Of a DNA stretch of 64,000 bases, positions 10,120-18,757 are shown one piece after another. The stretch is from a phage, in the NCBI GenBank assembly GCA_028130375.1, contig GCA_028130375.1_3658.1. The stretch is one strand, 5' to 3'. The translations under genes and the position numbers were made by a program. Below the pieces are notes generated by a model. That model was not told where the DNA came from, ran no database searches, and worked only from the letters and a program-made list of their open reading frames with translations. Every line of letters begins with the position of its first letter. Within the stretch, counting starts at the first letter, position 1.

Positions 10120-10508
10120 TGAAAAATATTTGGGATATTGGTATCTTTGAAGCCTCTAAGCTTGACGGTGCTGATGGGGTGATTATGGTGTCTGATGGCA
10201 AGGCAACACTAACTTCAGGAGATATCATCTATGCCTTGGACGAGCTGGCGCTTCTGAAATCTACCGGTAACACTTTAGAGGAGCGTCTTCAAGGCTTCGC
10301 CTTCAAAGAAGGCACAAATACCGCCATGATGTGCACCACACGGACAGTCCAGGTTGGTAACGGTGTCTATATGATCATTGCTGTGTGTCCTAAATTCAGC
10401 AACGTCAACAAAGATGATGCTGACGCTGTCAACGATGTGGTTGTTCTCTTCGTGGGTGACGCTATGGCAGACCTGATGAATGCAGGAGAAGCGGCAAATG
10501 AAGACTGA
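10116..10508 (+). CDS. hypothetical protein
   Basis: 130 aa ORF. Confidence 0.5.
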   Translation: MMKNIWDIGIFEASKLDGADGVIMVSDGKATLTSGDIIYALDELALLKSTGNTLEERLQGFAFKEGTNTAMMCTTRTVQVGNGVYMIIAVCPKFSNVNKDDADAVNDVVVLFVGDAMADLMNAGEAANED

Positions 10509-10800
10509 AAACATTACCCCAGCAGGGTTCTTAAAAGTATACCGTGAACTGCTATATACTACAGAGGACAGTGTTCTAGAGTATCCAGAATATCTTTTGC
10601 TGTATAAGTATCTACAGGAAGCTGGTGAAAATCTGCCAGTTAGTGCAGAAGGCGGTCCGAACTGGGTATACAGCGCATGGAGAAAGGTTGACATTCTCCC
10701 AGATCCAGGTAAAGATATGGTAGTTTGGCAGCTTATCAACAACATCGGGATTCCAATCTTTGATGAAGCTGTTAAAATCTATTTTGAACTTAACGATTAA
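10498..10800 (+). CDS. hypothetical protein
   Basis: ORF; ATG 10498 behind AGGAGAAG, overlaps upstream stop. Confidence 0.45.
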   Translation: MKTENITPAGFLKVYRELLYTTEDSVLEYPEYLLLYKYLQEAGENLPVSAEGGPNWVYSAWRKVDILPDPGKDMVVWQLINNIGIPIFDEAVKIYFELND

Positions 10801-10817
10801 TATCAGGAGACCTTAAG

Positions 10818-11063
10818 ATGACTGAAGTAGTTGCTCGCGCAGGACAGAAAGTACGTTGTGTTGAAGTAGGTTTTGGTGGCAAAGGGTGTCAAAACTTGAC
10901 TCAAGGTAAGGAATACGCTGTTATTTCTGGTGGTGGCGACGAAAGTATCGTGTTCGAGGGTCACATCCTGGATGCTGAAAACTTTGAAATCTTTGACGAC
11001 GATGGGGATCCGATCACCTGCCTGCTGGACGGGAATTGGGGAACTTTTGAAGTGATTGGCTAA
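10818..11063 (+). CDS. hypothetical protein
   Basis: 81 aa, Gly/acidic rich; RBS CAGGAGA. Confidence 0.5.
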   Translation: MTEVVARAGQKVRCVEVGFGGKGCQNLTQGKEYAVISGGGDESIVFEGHILDAENFEIFDDDGDPITCLLDGNWGTFEVIG

Positions 11064-11146
11064 CAAATATCTATTGTAATTTGCAGAAGGGGATGCTAAA
11101 ATAGTGTCTCCTTCTATGTTGTTCAAATAAAATCGGAGATTCCATA

Positions 11147-11512
11147 ATGGAACAAATGAACGATCAAACGTCGGTTGCAATGAACGAGCAAGAACAACCT
11201 CAAGAATTTTTCTTAGGGTTAAGTAAAGATCAAGTGTCTCTTTTGCTAGTGCTTTCTTCTTTCATGGGAAGACTTCAGGAGCTCACACAACAACCGGAGG
11301 CTGAACAATTATTTCAGGCTCTGCGCGAAGAAGAAAAATATCGTCGTTTGGACTATGCCTTAGGTTGGGTAGCTCAACAACGAGATATGCTGATGGCTCT
11401 CTCTGGGACCACAAGTTTTGCAATGGGCCTGTTGGCTCAAGTTCAGGACAAATTAATTCAGGCAGGGTTTGCACACACGGCAAACACTAACGAAGAACAA
11501 GGAGACAAATAA
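11147..11512 (+). CDS. hypothetical protein
   Basis: 121 aa ORF; RBS CGGAGA. Confidence 0.5.
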   Translation: MEQMNDQTSVAMNEQEQPQEFFLGLSKDQVSLLLVLSSFMGRLQELTQQPEAEQLFQALREEEKYRRLDYALGWVAQQRDMLMALSGTTSFAMGLLAQVQDKLIQAGFAHTANTNEEQGDK

Positions 11513-12738
11513 TGAGCGTTATTCAACAATTCGCTAACCCGATGAATCCGCGTGAAACTGTTTTACTGGCTCACGGCATGATTAAACGTGTCAGCATCAA
11601 GCCTATCAAAGGTGCTGATCCTACAACAGGTATTAAAACCACTGTGTGGCAAGGTAAGAAAATTGAATCCAGCCACACCATCTCTTTACTGATTTCTGAA
11701 CTGGATTCCTCTGATAACCTGCTTCAAGGTGGTGAAGAAGTTTGGATCAGTATGGGTGATAAGCTGCTTAAACCTGGTCATCAAGACTCTGTCTCTGTTA
11801 AAATTGATGACAAGTGGGAAACCGTAACGCCGGGATGGATCGTAAATATCCCTTTGAAGGCAAACGAGCATAACGGTAAGACCTATTACAAAGGCTCACT
11901 AGCTAAGATGGTCAAGCTGGGTGCAGGAGAGGCTCCAGCAGCGACCCAGCAGCAAAAACAGCAACAAGGTGCACAATCACAAGGCCAGAAGCAGAAACCT
12001 CAGCAGAATGCCAATCAGGACGTTTTACGCATCTATGGCGATGTGACTCAGATTGTTGGCAACGTGGTTACTGTTAATGACCACAAGATTGGCGAAGGTG
12101 CCATGGTTGTCACTGATGAGCAGCTTAAAGACCTGGTGGTAGGTGGTCGTGTTGCAGCCATTGTTGACAAAGACACCGGAAACATTATCAGTGGTTTCAA
12201 AGCCTATCCACCTAAGGCAGAGAACGGCACCCAAGGCTCTGGTGGCAAGCGTAAATCCTCTTACGACCCTATTGGTGTGGAGACGGGACATAGCATCAAT
12301 GCGTTGCAAATCATCCTAGATCGCGGGTTTAAGGTGGACGACCCACTAAGCGTGGCTAAAACACTGCACGTAGTCACCGTTGAGCTTAAGAAAGAGTATG
12401 CTCAAGCCACCAACCGAACTGAGGATGAAGTAGGTGCCAGTGTCGGTAATGCGGTGTTGAACGCTTGTCGCCGTATTGACAAGAAAACGAAAGTTGATGA
12501 TTTTGCAGCGGCAATTACTGCAGAAGCAAAAGATGTCTTGACTAATCTGGCTGAGCCGTTGTACGATTGGATCAAGAACGGTGCTGGGTCAACTGACCAT
12601 CAAGAACCTCAGGCTGCCAAACAGGAAGCAGCTCCACAGCAAAACACTGTAGACGCTCCTCCTGTAAATGATGAGGAAGATGACCCAATGGATCAGAATC
12701 CAGCACAGTACGCCTTTGATGATGACATCCCTTTTTAA
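11512..12738 (+). CDS. putative ssDNA-binding protein with E. coli SSB-like acidic C-terminal tip
   Basis: 408 aa; Gln-rich linker; C-terminus ..AFDDDIPF matches the host SSB tail DDDIPF; sits in the replication module; RBS AAGGAGA. Confidence 0.55.
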   Translation: MSVIQQFANPMNPRETVLLAHGMIKRVSIKPIKGADPTTGIKTTVWQGKKIESSHTISLLISELDSSDNLLQGGEEVWISMGDKLLKPGHQDSVSVKIDDKWETVTPGWIVNIPLKANEHNGKTYYKGSLAKMVKLGAGEAPAATQQQKQQQGAQSQGQKQKPQQNANQDVLRIYGDVTQIVGNVVTVNDHKIGEGAMVVTDEQLKDLVVGGRVAAIVDKDTGNIISGFKAYPPKAENGTQGSGGKRKSSYDPIGVETGHSINALQIILDRGFKVDDPLSVAKTLHVVTVELKKEYAQATNRTEDEVGASVGNAVLNACRRIDKKTKVDDFAAAITAEAKDVLTNLAEPLYDWIKNGAGSTDHQEPQAAKQEAAPQQNTVDAPPVNDEEDDPMDQNPAQYAFDDDIPF

Positions 12739-12753
12739 CAATTAGTTAACATA

Positions 12754-12781
12754 GCCCTGCCCGAAAGGGTGGGGCATTTTT
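12754..12781 (+). terminator. intrinsic terminator, second copy of the GNRA-loop hairpin
   Basis: GCCCTGCCC-GAAA-GGGTGGGGC then ATTTTTG, just after the SSB-like gene. Confidence 0.6.
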
Positions 12782-12800
12782 GTATAATGAGATCTGAAAA

Positions 12801-13217
12801 ATGACATTAGAAGATATCATTGTTAAACCTGAGAACTATGACCAATACAATCTGTCAACTCAATCTGTAGACCTCGGATGCGCCACAGTCAGTGCATGGC
12901 TGGTTAACGGAAAAGAGCTGGATAAATGCTTAGAAGCTCACATGTCTATTAACAAGTTTCTGGATGAAAATACTCACTGGCTTGAAGGTGCAGGCGTATA
13001 TGCTTCATGGTTGGAGAGTATGGGATTCGACTACCAATCTGAAGAGGGGTGGTGGAGCTATTTAGCTATCTGCCCAGAGACGCTGCAATGCTTCATGAAA
13101 TATTCTGAAGATTTGGAGTACCGGGCGGTGGTTGATAGTGCTATTGCCCGTTATAGCCGTAAACCTTTTTCCCACGACATTAAAACTGTGGAAGAATTTG
13201 TTGAAGTTTTCTGTTGA
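12801..13217 (+). CDS. hypothetical protein
   Basis: 138 aa ORF. Confidence 0.5.
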   Translation: MTLEDIIVKPENYDQYNLSTQSVDLGCATVSAWLVNGKELDKCLEAHMSINKFLDENTHWLEGAGVYASWLESMGFDYQSEEGWWSYLAICPETLQCFMKYSEDLEYRAVVDSAIARYSRKPFSHDIKTVEEFVEVFC

Positions 13218-13313
13218 CACAAGTTGAAAGGTGTGCAATTATAACTTCATAGAACGGGAGGACGTGATGAACGAAGAAAACTGGGATGTATAACTAACAG
13301 GAGGCCACTGCCC

Positions 13314-13511
13314 ATGATTTATCGAATCCGTGTAAGAGAAGATGCACCAGGCTGTTACTTTGACTGGCGTGGGTGGTGGTTTCTCCACCCGATGGATGGA
13401 CTCACAGATAGAATGCTGGATGCTGCCCTTTATACAGATACCGACATAGAATATAATCTCTATCTGAAGGACGGTATAGATAACGGTCTATTTGAAGCAA
13501 TTCCTGTGTAA
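13314..13511 (+). CDS. hypothetical protein
   Basis: 65 aa; RBS ACAGGAGG. Confidence 0.45.
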   Translation: MIYRIRVREDAPGCYFDWRGWWFLHPMDGLTDRMLDAALYTDTDIEYNLYLKDGIDNGLFEAIPV

Positions 13512-13579
13512 GAGACTGTGATAGCCATGTTTTATGATCTTCCTGTAGCACCACCACCTGTTGAACCCGGAGAACTAAG

Positions 13580-14005
13580 ATGACCTATGAAATGCCAAAA
13601 CTGATTCGTGACGATGCCCAAAACGCCCACACCTTTATCATGGGCAAACGCATGGATATTATTTGTCATAAAGATTTCTGGGAAGGGAGTTACTTCACAG
13701 AGTATTTTGGTAAACTGGACAATGGTCTGCTGATCCAGCTCTACACCGATGCGGAAAACAACATTCACTGGGAGTTCGAAACTGAAGATATCCATAAACT
13801 TTTCACCTTCCTCGGTATTAAGGTTGAGGCCAAGTTTGAAGAAGGTGAGTGCGACGATTGTGGATTCTATGAGGTAACAGATTTCTATCTCCCGAGTGGT
13901 GAGAACCTTTACTATGAAAGCCACTTCGGTAACTCCAATATGCCACAGTGCTGGACTGAGTTTTTTGAAATTGCGGAAGAGGAGCTGGCATACCGTGATT
14001 ATTGA
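13580..14005 (+). CDS. hypothetical protein
   Basis: 141 aa ORF; RBS CGGAGAA. Confidence 0.5.
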   Translation: MTYEMPKLIRDDAQNAHTFIMGKRMDIICHKDFWEGSYFTEYFGKLDNGLLIQLYTDAENNIHWEFETEDIHKLFTFLGIKVEAKFEEGECDDCGFYEVTDFYLPSGENLYYESHFGNSNMPQCWTEFFEIAEEELAYRDY

Positions 14006-14453
14006 TACTGTAGAGGGGGATTTAATCTCCCTTTTTAAGAGCGGTGCTGGTCACCTGATCCACGGTTGCAACTGCTTCCACACAATGGGCAAGGGGATAG
14101 CAAAACAGATCGCCCGTGAGTTCCCTCAAGCACTGGCAGCTGACAAAGAGACCAGACATGGTTGCCTAAGTAAACTGGGCGCGTTCTCAAGATGGGAGCA
14201 CTTATCTCCGATAGGTATTGTCTACGGAATAAATCTGTATACTCAGTTCTACCCAGGGCCTAATGCTGAATATTTCTCAATCCTGAAAGGCTTTGAGCGA
14301 GTCAATGAGGTATTCGAGGGATCGACTTTACCATTCTACATCCCTAAGATCGGGTGCGGCATAGGCGGTTTGAAGTGGGAACACGTAGAGGACGTTATTA
14401 ACCTTGCCACTTTCGACATAGATATTGTCGTGGTGGAGTACAAAAAGTGTTGA
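13995..14453 (+). CDS. macro-domain (ADP-ribose binding/processing) protein
   Basis: ..GDLISLFKSGAGHLIHGCNCFHTMGKGIAKQIAREFP.. and ..IPKIGCGIGGLKWE.. fit the macro-domain Gly-rich motifs; start uncertain (GTG 13995 used; alternatives GTG 13896, ATG 13914). Confidence 0.55.
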   Translation: MIIDTVEGDLISLFKSGAGHLIHGCNCFHTMGKGIAKQIAREFPQALAADKETRHGCLSKLGAFSRWEHLSPIGIVYGINLYTQFYPGPNAEYFSILKGFERVNEVFEGSTLPFYIPKIGCGIGGLKWEHVEDVINLATFDIDIVVVEYKKC

Positions 14454-14478
14454 CGACAATCTTCTGAGGTGATATAGT
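14450..14478 (+). promoter_or_regulatory. sigma70-like promoter (TTGACG-17-TATAGT)
   Basis: -35 at 14450-14455, -10 at 14473-14478. Confidence 0.45.
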
Positions 14479-14507
14479 TTCCACAACAACTAAGAGAGGA
14501 GAGCACT

Positions 14508-14678
14508 GTGGAGACTAAAATCTTAATTCTTGCTGTGGTAGATACAACCGAAGGAGCTATATTCGAATCTGCAGGAGGGTATTTCTACCTACCATACGGA
14601 AAAAGAACTTCCGAGCCAAGTAAAGATTCAATCCTCAAAGTGTTCCCGTGTGCTTTCTGGCTGGAGATTTTGGTATAA
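14508..14678 (+). CDS. small hypothetical protein (56 aa, GTG start)
   Basis: Not in the ORF track (<60 aa); strong RBS AGAGGAGAG before GTG at 14508; stop TAA 14676-14678. Confidence 0.3.
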   Translation: METKILILAVVDTTEGAIFESAGGYFYLPYGKRTSEPSKDSILKVFPCAFWLEILV

Positions 14679-14704
14679 GATTGCAGAGGATTTGGGAGAG
14701 AATT

Positions 14705-14899
14705 ATGAGAAACAAGAAAGAACTTTACTCTGGTGAGTGGATCAACGATCAACAGGTGGGAGAGGTAACCTGCTTCCGATGTTTTACCAGGTACAATCTT
14801 AAAACTGCACCAAAAAGTGTTCCAAAGACTGACGGTTATTACATAAAAGAACCTCATTGCCCAAAATGTAAATGCCGATTGTACTGGAGCAATCTGTAA
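14705..14899 (+). CDS. small zinc-ribbon-like protein
   Basis: ATG 14705 behind GGGAGAG; CxxC...CxxC pattern (..CFRCF.., ..CPKCKC..). Confidence 0.45.
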   Translation: MRNKKELYSGEWINDQQVGEVTCFRCFTRYNLKTAPKSVPKTDGYYIKEPHCPKCKCRLYWSNL

Positions 14900-14903
14900 G
14901 AGG

Positions 14904-14931
14904 TTGACATCTGAAAACTGCAGTGTATAAT
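14904..14931 (+). promoter_or_regulatory. sigma70-like promoter (TTGACA-16-TATAAT)
   Basis: -35 at 14904-14909, -10 at 14926-14931. Confidence 0.5.
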
Positions 14932-14962
14932 ATACGCATAAACTAACAGAGAGCGATGTATT

Positions 14963-15154
14963 ATGGTAATTTTTAACCGGGATGGTATCATAGTTAGACA
15001 GCACCCGTTCCTTGAATACTATCAAATTGAGCAATGGTGCTACGGGGATTGCAGTCACTCCTATGGACAAAGTTGGGGGTATCGCACAGTTTTTGAATCA
15101 ACAGATCTTGACAAAGTAAGACAGAAAGTTTTAGAACTTCTTAACAACAAGTGA
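14963..15154 (+). CDS. hypothetical protein
   Basis: 63 aa ORF downstream of promoter. Confidence 0.45.
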   Translation: MVIFNRDGIIVRQHPFLEYYQIEQWCYGDCSHSYGQSWGYRTVFESTDLDKVRQKVLELLNNK

Positions 15155-15164
15155 GTATCGTGCC

Positions 15165-15497
15165 ATGGTAACATTGGAAAGACGTAAAGCTATCGCCGCC
15201 ACACTGGCAGACATCTTTTGGGATTGCAACTTAAAAGATACCCGATATTGTGGCGCATCTGTAGATGTATTATTCCCACGGCCCACCATTGTTGCAATGG
15301 GCAACCTGCTCGATGTGGTATATGGAGCATGGGACAAGGAAGGTGGATTCTATATCTGGCAACCTGACTACGGGACCTGGAAAGAGGTTAGTGGTTCTGC
15401 GGACTTCACTCCTGCAGAGGCTAAAATGGATGGCTGGAAAATCTATGTCGGTAACGACATGGAACTGAAAGGCGAAATTGTTTACTGGTTACCTTAA
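15165..15497 (+). CDS. hypothetical protein
   Basis: 110 aa ORF. Confidence 0.5.
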   Translation: MVTLERRKAIAATLADIFWDCNLKDTRYCGASVDVLFPRPTIVAMGNLLDVVYGAWDKEGGFYIWQPDYGTWKEVSGSADFTPAEAKMDGWKIYVGNDMELKGEIVYWLP

Positions 15498-15517
15498 GAA
15501 AGTGCAGGAGATAAAGT

Positions 15518-15763
15518 ATGAACAAAGGGTGGACATTTGTAGACGGCGTTAAAAACATGCCTCTAGGAAAGTATATTGTAGCCATGGCAGATGAGAATGG
15601 CAAGGTGGATTTCGGAGTTTGCGAGGTTGTTCTTGCAGGATCTGGTGACTATGCTCACAAAACTGGGATAATTAACGGTCATTTCTACTTTGATTACAAC
15701 CCTGTTGTGGCGTATATGGCTATGCCAGAGTTAGAGCTCTCAAAGGAGGGTGCAGATGTTTAA
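15518..15763 (+). CDS. hypothetical protein
   Basis: 81 aa; RBS CAGGAGA. Confidence 0.5.
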   Translation: MNKGWTFVDGVKNMPLGKYIVAMADENGKVDFGVCEVVLAGSGDYAHKTGIINGHFYFDYNPVVAYMAMPELELSKEGADV

Positions 15764-15953
15764 GCTTAAATCTGCATGGAACATCGCTGTGGGGGACGAG
15801 ATCCGTATCCCAGGTGGAAAGACCATTATGAAGATATCTCGTATCGAGTACGAAGGTGATCGTGTATTTCATATCTTTGCAGAGGATGGTCGAGAAATTT
15901 ATATACAGGCAGGCTCTCACATCTATATTCGTAAGAAAGGGGACGACAAATGA
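15756..15953 (+). CDS. hypothetical protein
   Basis: ATG 15756 behind AAGGAGGG; overlaps upstream stop. Confidence 0.45.
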   Translation: MFKLKSAWNIAVGDEIRIPGGKTIMKISRIEYEGDRVFHIFAEDGREIYIQAGSHIYIRKKGDDK

Positions 15954-16279
15954 CAGAGATCATCATTTCAACTGCAGGGTATGTGTTCCTGACAATCATT
16001 GCACTGACCATTCTGGTTGTGGTATATGGAATTGTTATTCTCCCTATTCTTGAGACAATTAGTTTGTGTCGGTGTTGGAGAAAGGCTTACGGTCCACAGC
16101 CGTGGAAGGACTGGCCCCACCTTGTGCACATAGCGTTCTCTTATGCTTATGATCACGCCAGCAGTGCATGCATAACCGGGTATCACGCCCACAACTGGAG
16201 CTGGGAAGGGTTGAGGAAATGGAATGTTACAAAGACCATACCTCTCCGCATGTACAAACCTAAAAACAAAGACAGCTGA
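15950..16279 (+). CDS. putative membrane protein
   Basis: 109 aa; N-terminal hydrophobic segment ..ISTAGYVFLTIIALTILVVVYGIVILPIL.. Confidence 0.5.
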   Translation: MTEIIISTAGYVFLTIIALTILVVVYGIVILPILETISLCRCWRKAYGPQPWKDWPHLVHIAFSYAYDHASSACITGYHAHNWSWEGLRKWNVTKTIPLRMYKPKNKDS

Positions 16280-16324
16280 TACTTGAAAATTCCTGGCATA
16301 TCAAGTGTAAGGAGGATTTCTAAA

Positions 16325-16537
16325 ATGGATTTCCTCCTTTTGATATTTCACCGGGTTAGATATTTTAAAATTCTTAGAAAATCAGAAAATGGATCGAAAA
16401 CTAAAATGGATTTTTCAGAGCAGGCGCGACAAACCGAATCACTCATCCTATCGTTTGCACCATATTCCAGTCCACCATTACAGATTTCCCGCACATGCTT
16501 ACATCCTTCTACTGGAACTTCCTCCACTTACCCTTGA
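16325..16537 (+). CDS. doubtful small ORF in a repeat-rich region
   Basis: ATG behind AAGGAGG but sequence is low-complexity and overlaps AAATGGATTT repeats. Confidence 0.2.
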   Translation: MDFLLLIFHRVRYFKILRKSENGSKTKMDFSEQARQTESLILSFAPYSSPPLQISRTCLHPSTGTSSTYP

Positions 16538-16591
16538 CCTTTTATGGTAATAATCTAACCACTATCTTGAGGTTGCGGTACAGCTTTCCGG

Positions 16592-16678
16592 GTACTCGAT
16601 CTGTTTTTCGTTTCAAAGATTGAATTTTCTTAAAATTTTTCTCGATAAATTTCTCAGTACTCGATCTGTTTTTCGTTT
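16592..16678. repeat. direct repeats (2 x 22 bp GTACTCGATCTGTTTTTCGTTT) in an AT-rich non-coding island
   Basis: Identical 22-mers at 16592-16613 and 16657-16678, with nearby CGAAATCGATTTTTCG palindrome and AAATGGATTT repeats. Confidence 0.6.
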
Positions 16679-16885
16679 TCTGAATCGGATTTTCTGGAAA
16701 TCGTTCCGGAGCTCGACCTGAAATTTTTGGGAACGAAATCGATTTTTCGTTTTCAGAAATGGATTTTTAAAATTTCTATATGGGAATATTTTATGGGATA
16801 CTGTTTTATAGGAAATTGTTACGGAGGGTAATTAGCACGCTAATTAAATTTATTAAATGCGAGGAGTTCTCATTTAGAATTTTGA

Positions 16886-17215
16886 ATGATAATCATTCTC
16901 GTTTGCAGAATAACGGGCACCCCCGGTGATTGTCTCCCGGCCCCTGTTGCCCCGGCTTGTTATTATAGTATCACACAGGACAAAGAAGGCAAGGATTTTT
17001 TGCATAAATTTTTAAATGATAATGATAACCGTTCTCATTTTATGCAGCGCCCATCCCCGGTGGTTATCTCCCCCGTCACCGGTGCCTGCCGTCCTTTCGA
17101 TAGGTATATTGTGCCACCTGGCGGGGCCGCTGTCAACACCTTTCAAAAAAAATTATAACCAGGTGCGCCCACTGCCAGGACCTGGCGGGGCCAGTCTGGC
17201 AGGGGAGAGTGAAAG
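16886..17215. repeat. GC-rich repeated element family (two ~80-bp imperfect copies plus three ACCTGGCGGGG boxes)
   Basis: TTkAATGATAAT..CCCCGGTG(A/G)TT(G/A)TCTCCC.. at 16886-16965 and 17016-17100; ACCTGGCGGGG at about 17116, 17180, 17399; the 17-mer CCCGGTGATTGTCTCCC recurs inverted at 26051-26067. Confidence 0.5.
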
Positions 17216-17451
17216 CTTGCAAACCTGGTAGGGCTATGCTATAGGGTAGGCAACAACTGGAGAGGAGGTACAAAAATGAAAGGTAATATGATCCCCTGGA
17301 AAATGTAGCGACTAATGACGCTGAGGCTATCGCCATGGTTGAAAAGGCTATGGCGGGAGCGTTGGAACATAAAGAAGAGTACGAAAAAATGGTGGTTAAC
17401 CTGGCGGGGGCGGCAGGTGGATTCTATCATAAAAATAATTTAAAATAGTCG

Positions 17452-17479
17452 TTGACAACAAGGTTAATCATGGTATTAT
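17452..17479 (+). promoter_or_regulatory. sigma70-like promoter (TTGACA-16-TATTAT)
   Basis: -35 at 17452-17457, -10 at 17474-17479; first of a long series of promoters preceding the small genes. Confidence 0.5.
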
Positions 17480-17529
17480 TACCCTACAAGGTGAACAACA
17501 CCGCACTAACCAGTAAAGAGGATAAATTT

Positions 17530-17727
17530 ATGAACGCATACGGGATCAAAGTACGTCGCAACACTCGCCAGGTGGTCACCAATCAAGTGATTTGCCGGGT
17601 GGATGTAACCATCAACAACGGGCAAGGCCTTTATAAATTTCGTCGCGGTCATAGCTATACCCTGCAACAGCTTAATCGTTGCGCCCTGACAAAAGGTCAG
17701 ATCAACCACTGGTTTAATAAAAAATAA
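17530..17727 (+). CDS. hypothetical small basic protein
   Basis: ATG 17530 behind AAAGAGGA and downstream of promoter; track start 17452 is the -35 box. Confidence 0.45.
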   Translation: MNAYGIKVRRNTRQVVTNQVICRVDVTINNGQGLYKFRRGHSYTLQQLNRCALTKGQINHWFNKK

Positions 17728-17730
17728 GTA

Positions 17731-17759
17731 TTGACATATAGTCCGACACCAAATACACT
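17731..17759 (+). promoter_or_regulatory. sigma70-like promoter (TTGACA-17-TACACT)
   Basis: -35 at 17731-17736, -10 at 17754-17759. Confidence 0.5.
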
Positions 17760-17791
17760 AAAAGCACAAAAGACACTAAGAGGATAAAATC

Positions 17792-18190
17792 ATGAAAACC
17801 ACTACCTTTAATTTTGATAATGCAGACTTTTCTTTTTCTGATGTCAAGAACTGCCGCCGTGATCGTGGATTTTACAAGGCTTATAATCTGGTGGGCCTGG
17901 ACGATGACAATAATTTGCACGAAGTAGCTGAGATCCGGTATTATGCCGCCGCCAGCGGGAACACTTACTACTGCGTTTTTTGGATACACGACAACAAGAA
18001 CAATAAGTACGGCTATACTGGCGGCAAGGCGAGCGGTCACGGTTATGATAAAGCTAACGCAGCACTTGAGAGCGCATTAAATGCTATGGGGATCACTGCC
18101 GACGGCTGGATCTACGAAGAAGAGTTTTTGTCGGCACTTGCTGACCACCTAGGCTATAAAAAGCACATTGTAACATGCGCCCACGAATAA
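17792..18190 (+). CDS. hypothetical protein
   Basis: 132 aa; RBS AAGAGGA. Confidence 0.55.
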   Translation: MKTTTFNFDNADFSFSDVKNCRRDRGFYKAYNLVGLDDDNNLHEVAEIRYYAAASGNTYYCVFWIHDNKNNKYGYTGGKASGHGYDKANAALESALNAMGITADGWIYEEEFLSALADHLGYKKHIVTCAHE

Positions 18191-18196
18191 AAATCA

Positions 18197-18225
18197 TTGA
18201 CACGCTGCAAAATTTAAGTAAACTA
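18197..18225 (+). promoter_or_regulatory. sigma70-like promoter (TTGACA-16-TAAACT)
   Basis: -35 at 18197-18202; followed by 5' hairpin GGCGGGAA-TGT-TTCCCGCC at 18235-18253, then RBS and ATG 18273. Confidence 0.5.
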
Positions 18226-18272
18226 GACACAAAAGGCGGGAATGTTTCCCGCCAGCACAAAGGAAAAAGATC

Positions 18273-18677
18273 ATGAATAAGAACGTACGCCGCATCATGA
18301 ACGAGTTGGCAAACGATGAAAAAATTATTGACATGCATTTGATCAACATTTGCCGCCGTTGTGTAACATATAACAACCGCGCCGCAAAAGCGCGTGAGAT
18401 GAACGCAAAAGGCACCTTAAAGCCATTCCAGGTGGTGGTAAAGGCCATTAAAGATGTAACTAATACGGCAAACCAGGTACAGGGGAACACCAACGAGAGT
18501 ACCAATATTGATCCAGCTTACATCATGAAACGGATCCGGACCTGCAAGAACAAAGAGCAAGTGTATAATGTCATAGACTGGTTGGATTCTATGGGCGATG
18601 TGGTTTACAATAGGTTTTCTGCAGCTATCGAGATCCAGCTTGACAGGTTGGACGGTAAAGTACTGAAAACTTACTAA
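18273..18677 (+). CDS. hypothetical protein
   Basis: 134 aa; RBS AAAGGAAAAAG. Confidence 0.55.
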   Translation: MNKNVRRIMNELANDEKIIDMHLINICRRCVTYNNRAAKAREMNAKGTLKPFQVVVKAIKDVTNTANQVQGNTNESTNIDPAYIMKRIRTCKNKEQVYNVIDWLDSMGDVVYNRFSAAIEIQLDRLDGKVLKTY

Positions 18678-18679
18678 GT

Positions 18680-18725
18680 TTATTTTTAGATGGCCTTGAC
18701 TTCAGGGCCATCAATAAAGTAAACT
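18680..18725 (+). repeat. repeated 46-bp promoter/stem-loop element, copy 1
   Basis: TTATTTTTAGATGGCCTTGACTTCAGGGCCATCAATAAAGTAAACT: inverted repeat GATGGCC/GGCCATC encloses a -35-like TTGACT, then -10-like TAAACT. Confidence 0.6.
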
Positions 18726-18757
18726 AATCTCAACTAAGCGAAAAAGGGGGCTTTAAG

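Noticed and set aside
16283-16537. Track ORF of 84 aa spanning the AT-rich repeat region
   Set aside because: Low-complexity composition and overlap with AAATGGATTT repeats and a palindrome around the start; kept only as a low-confidence shorter ORF.
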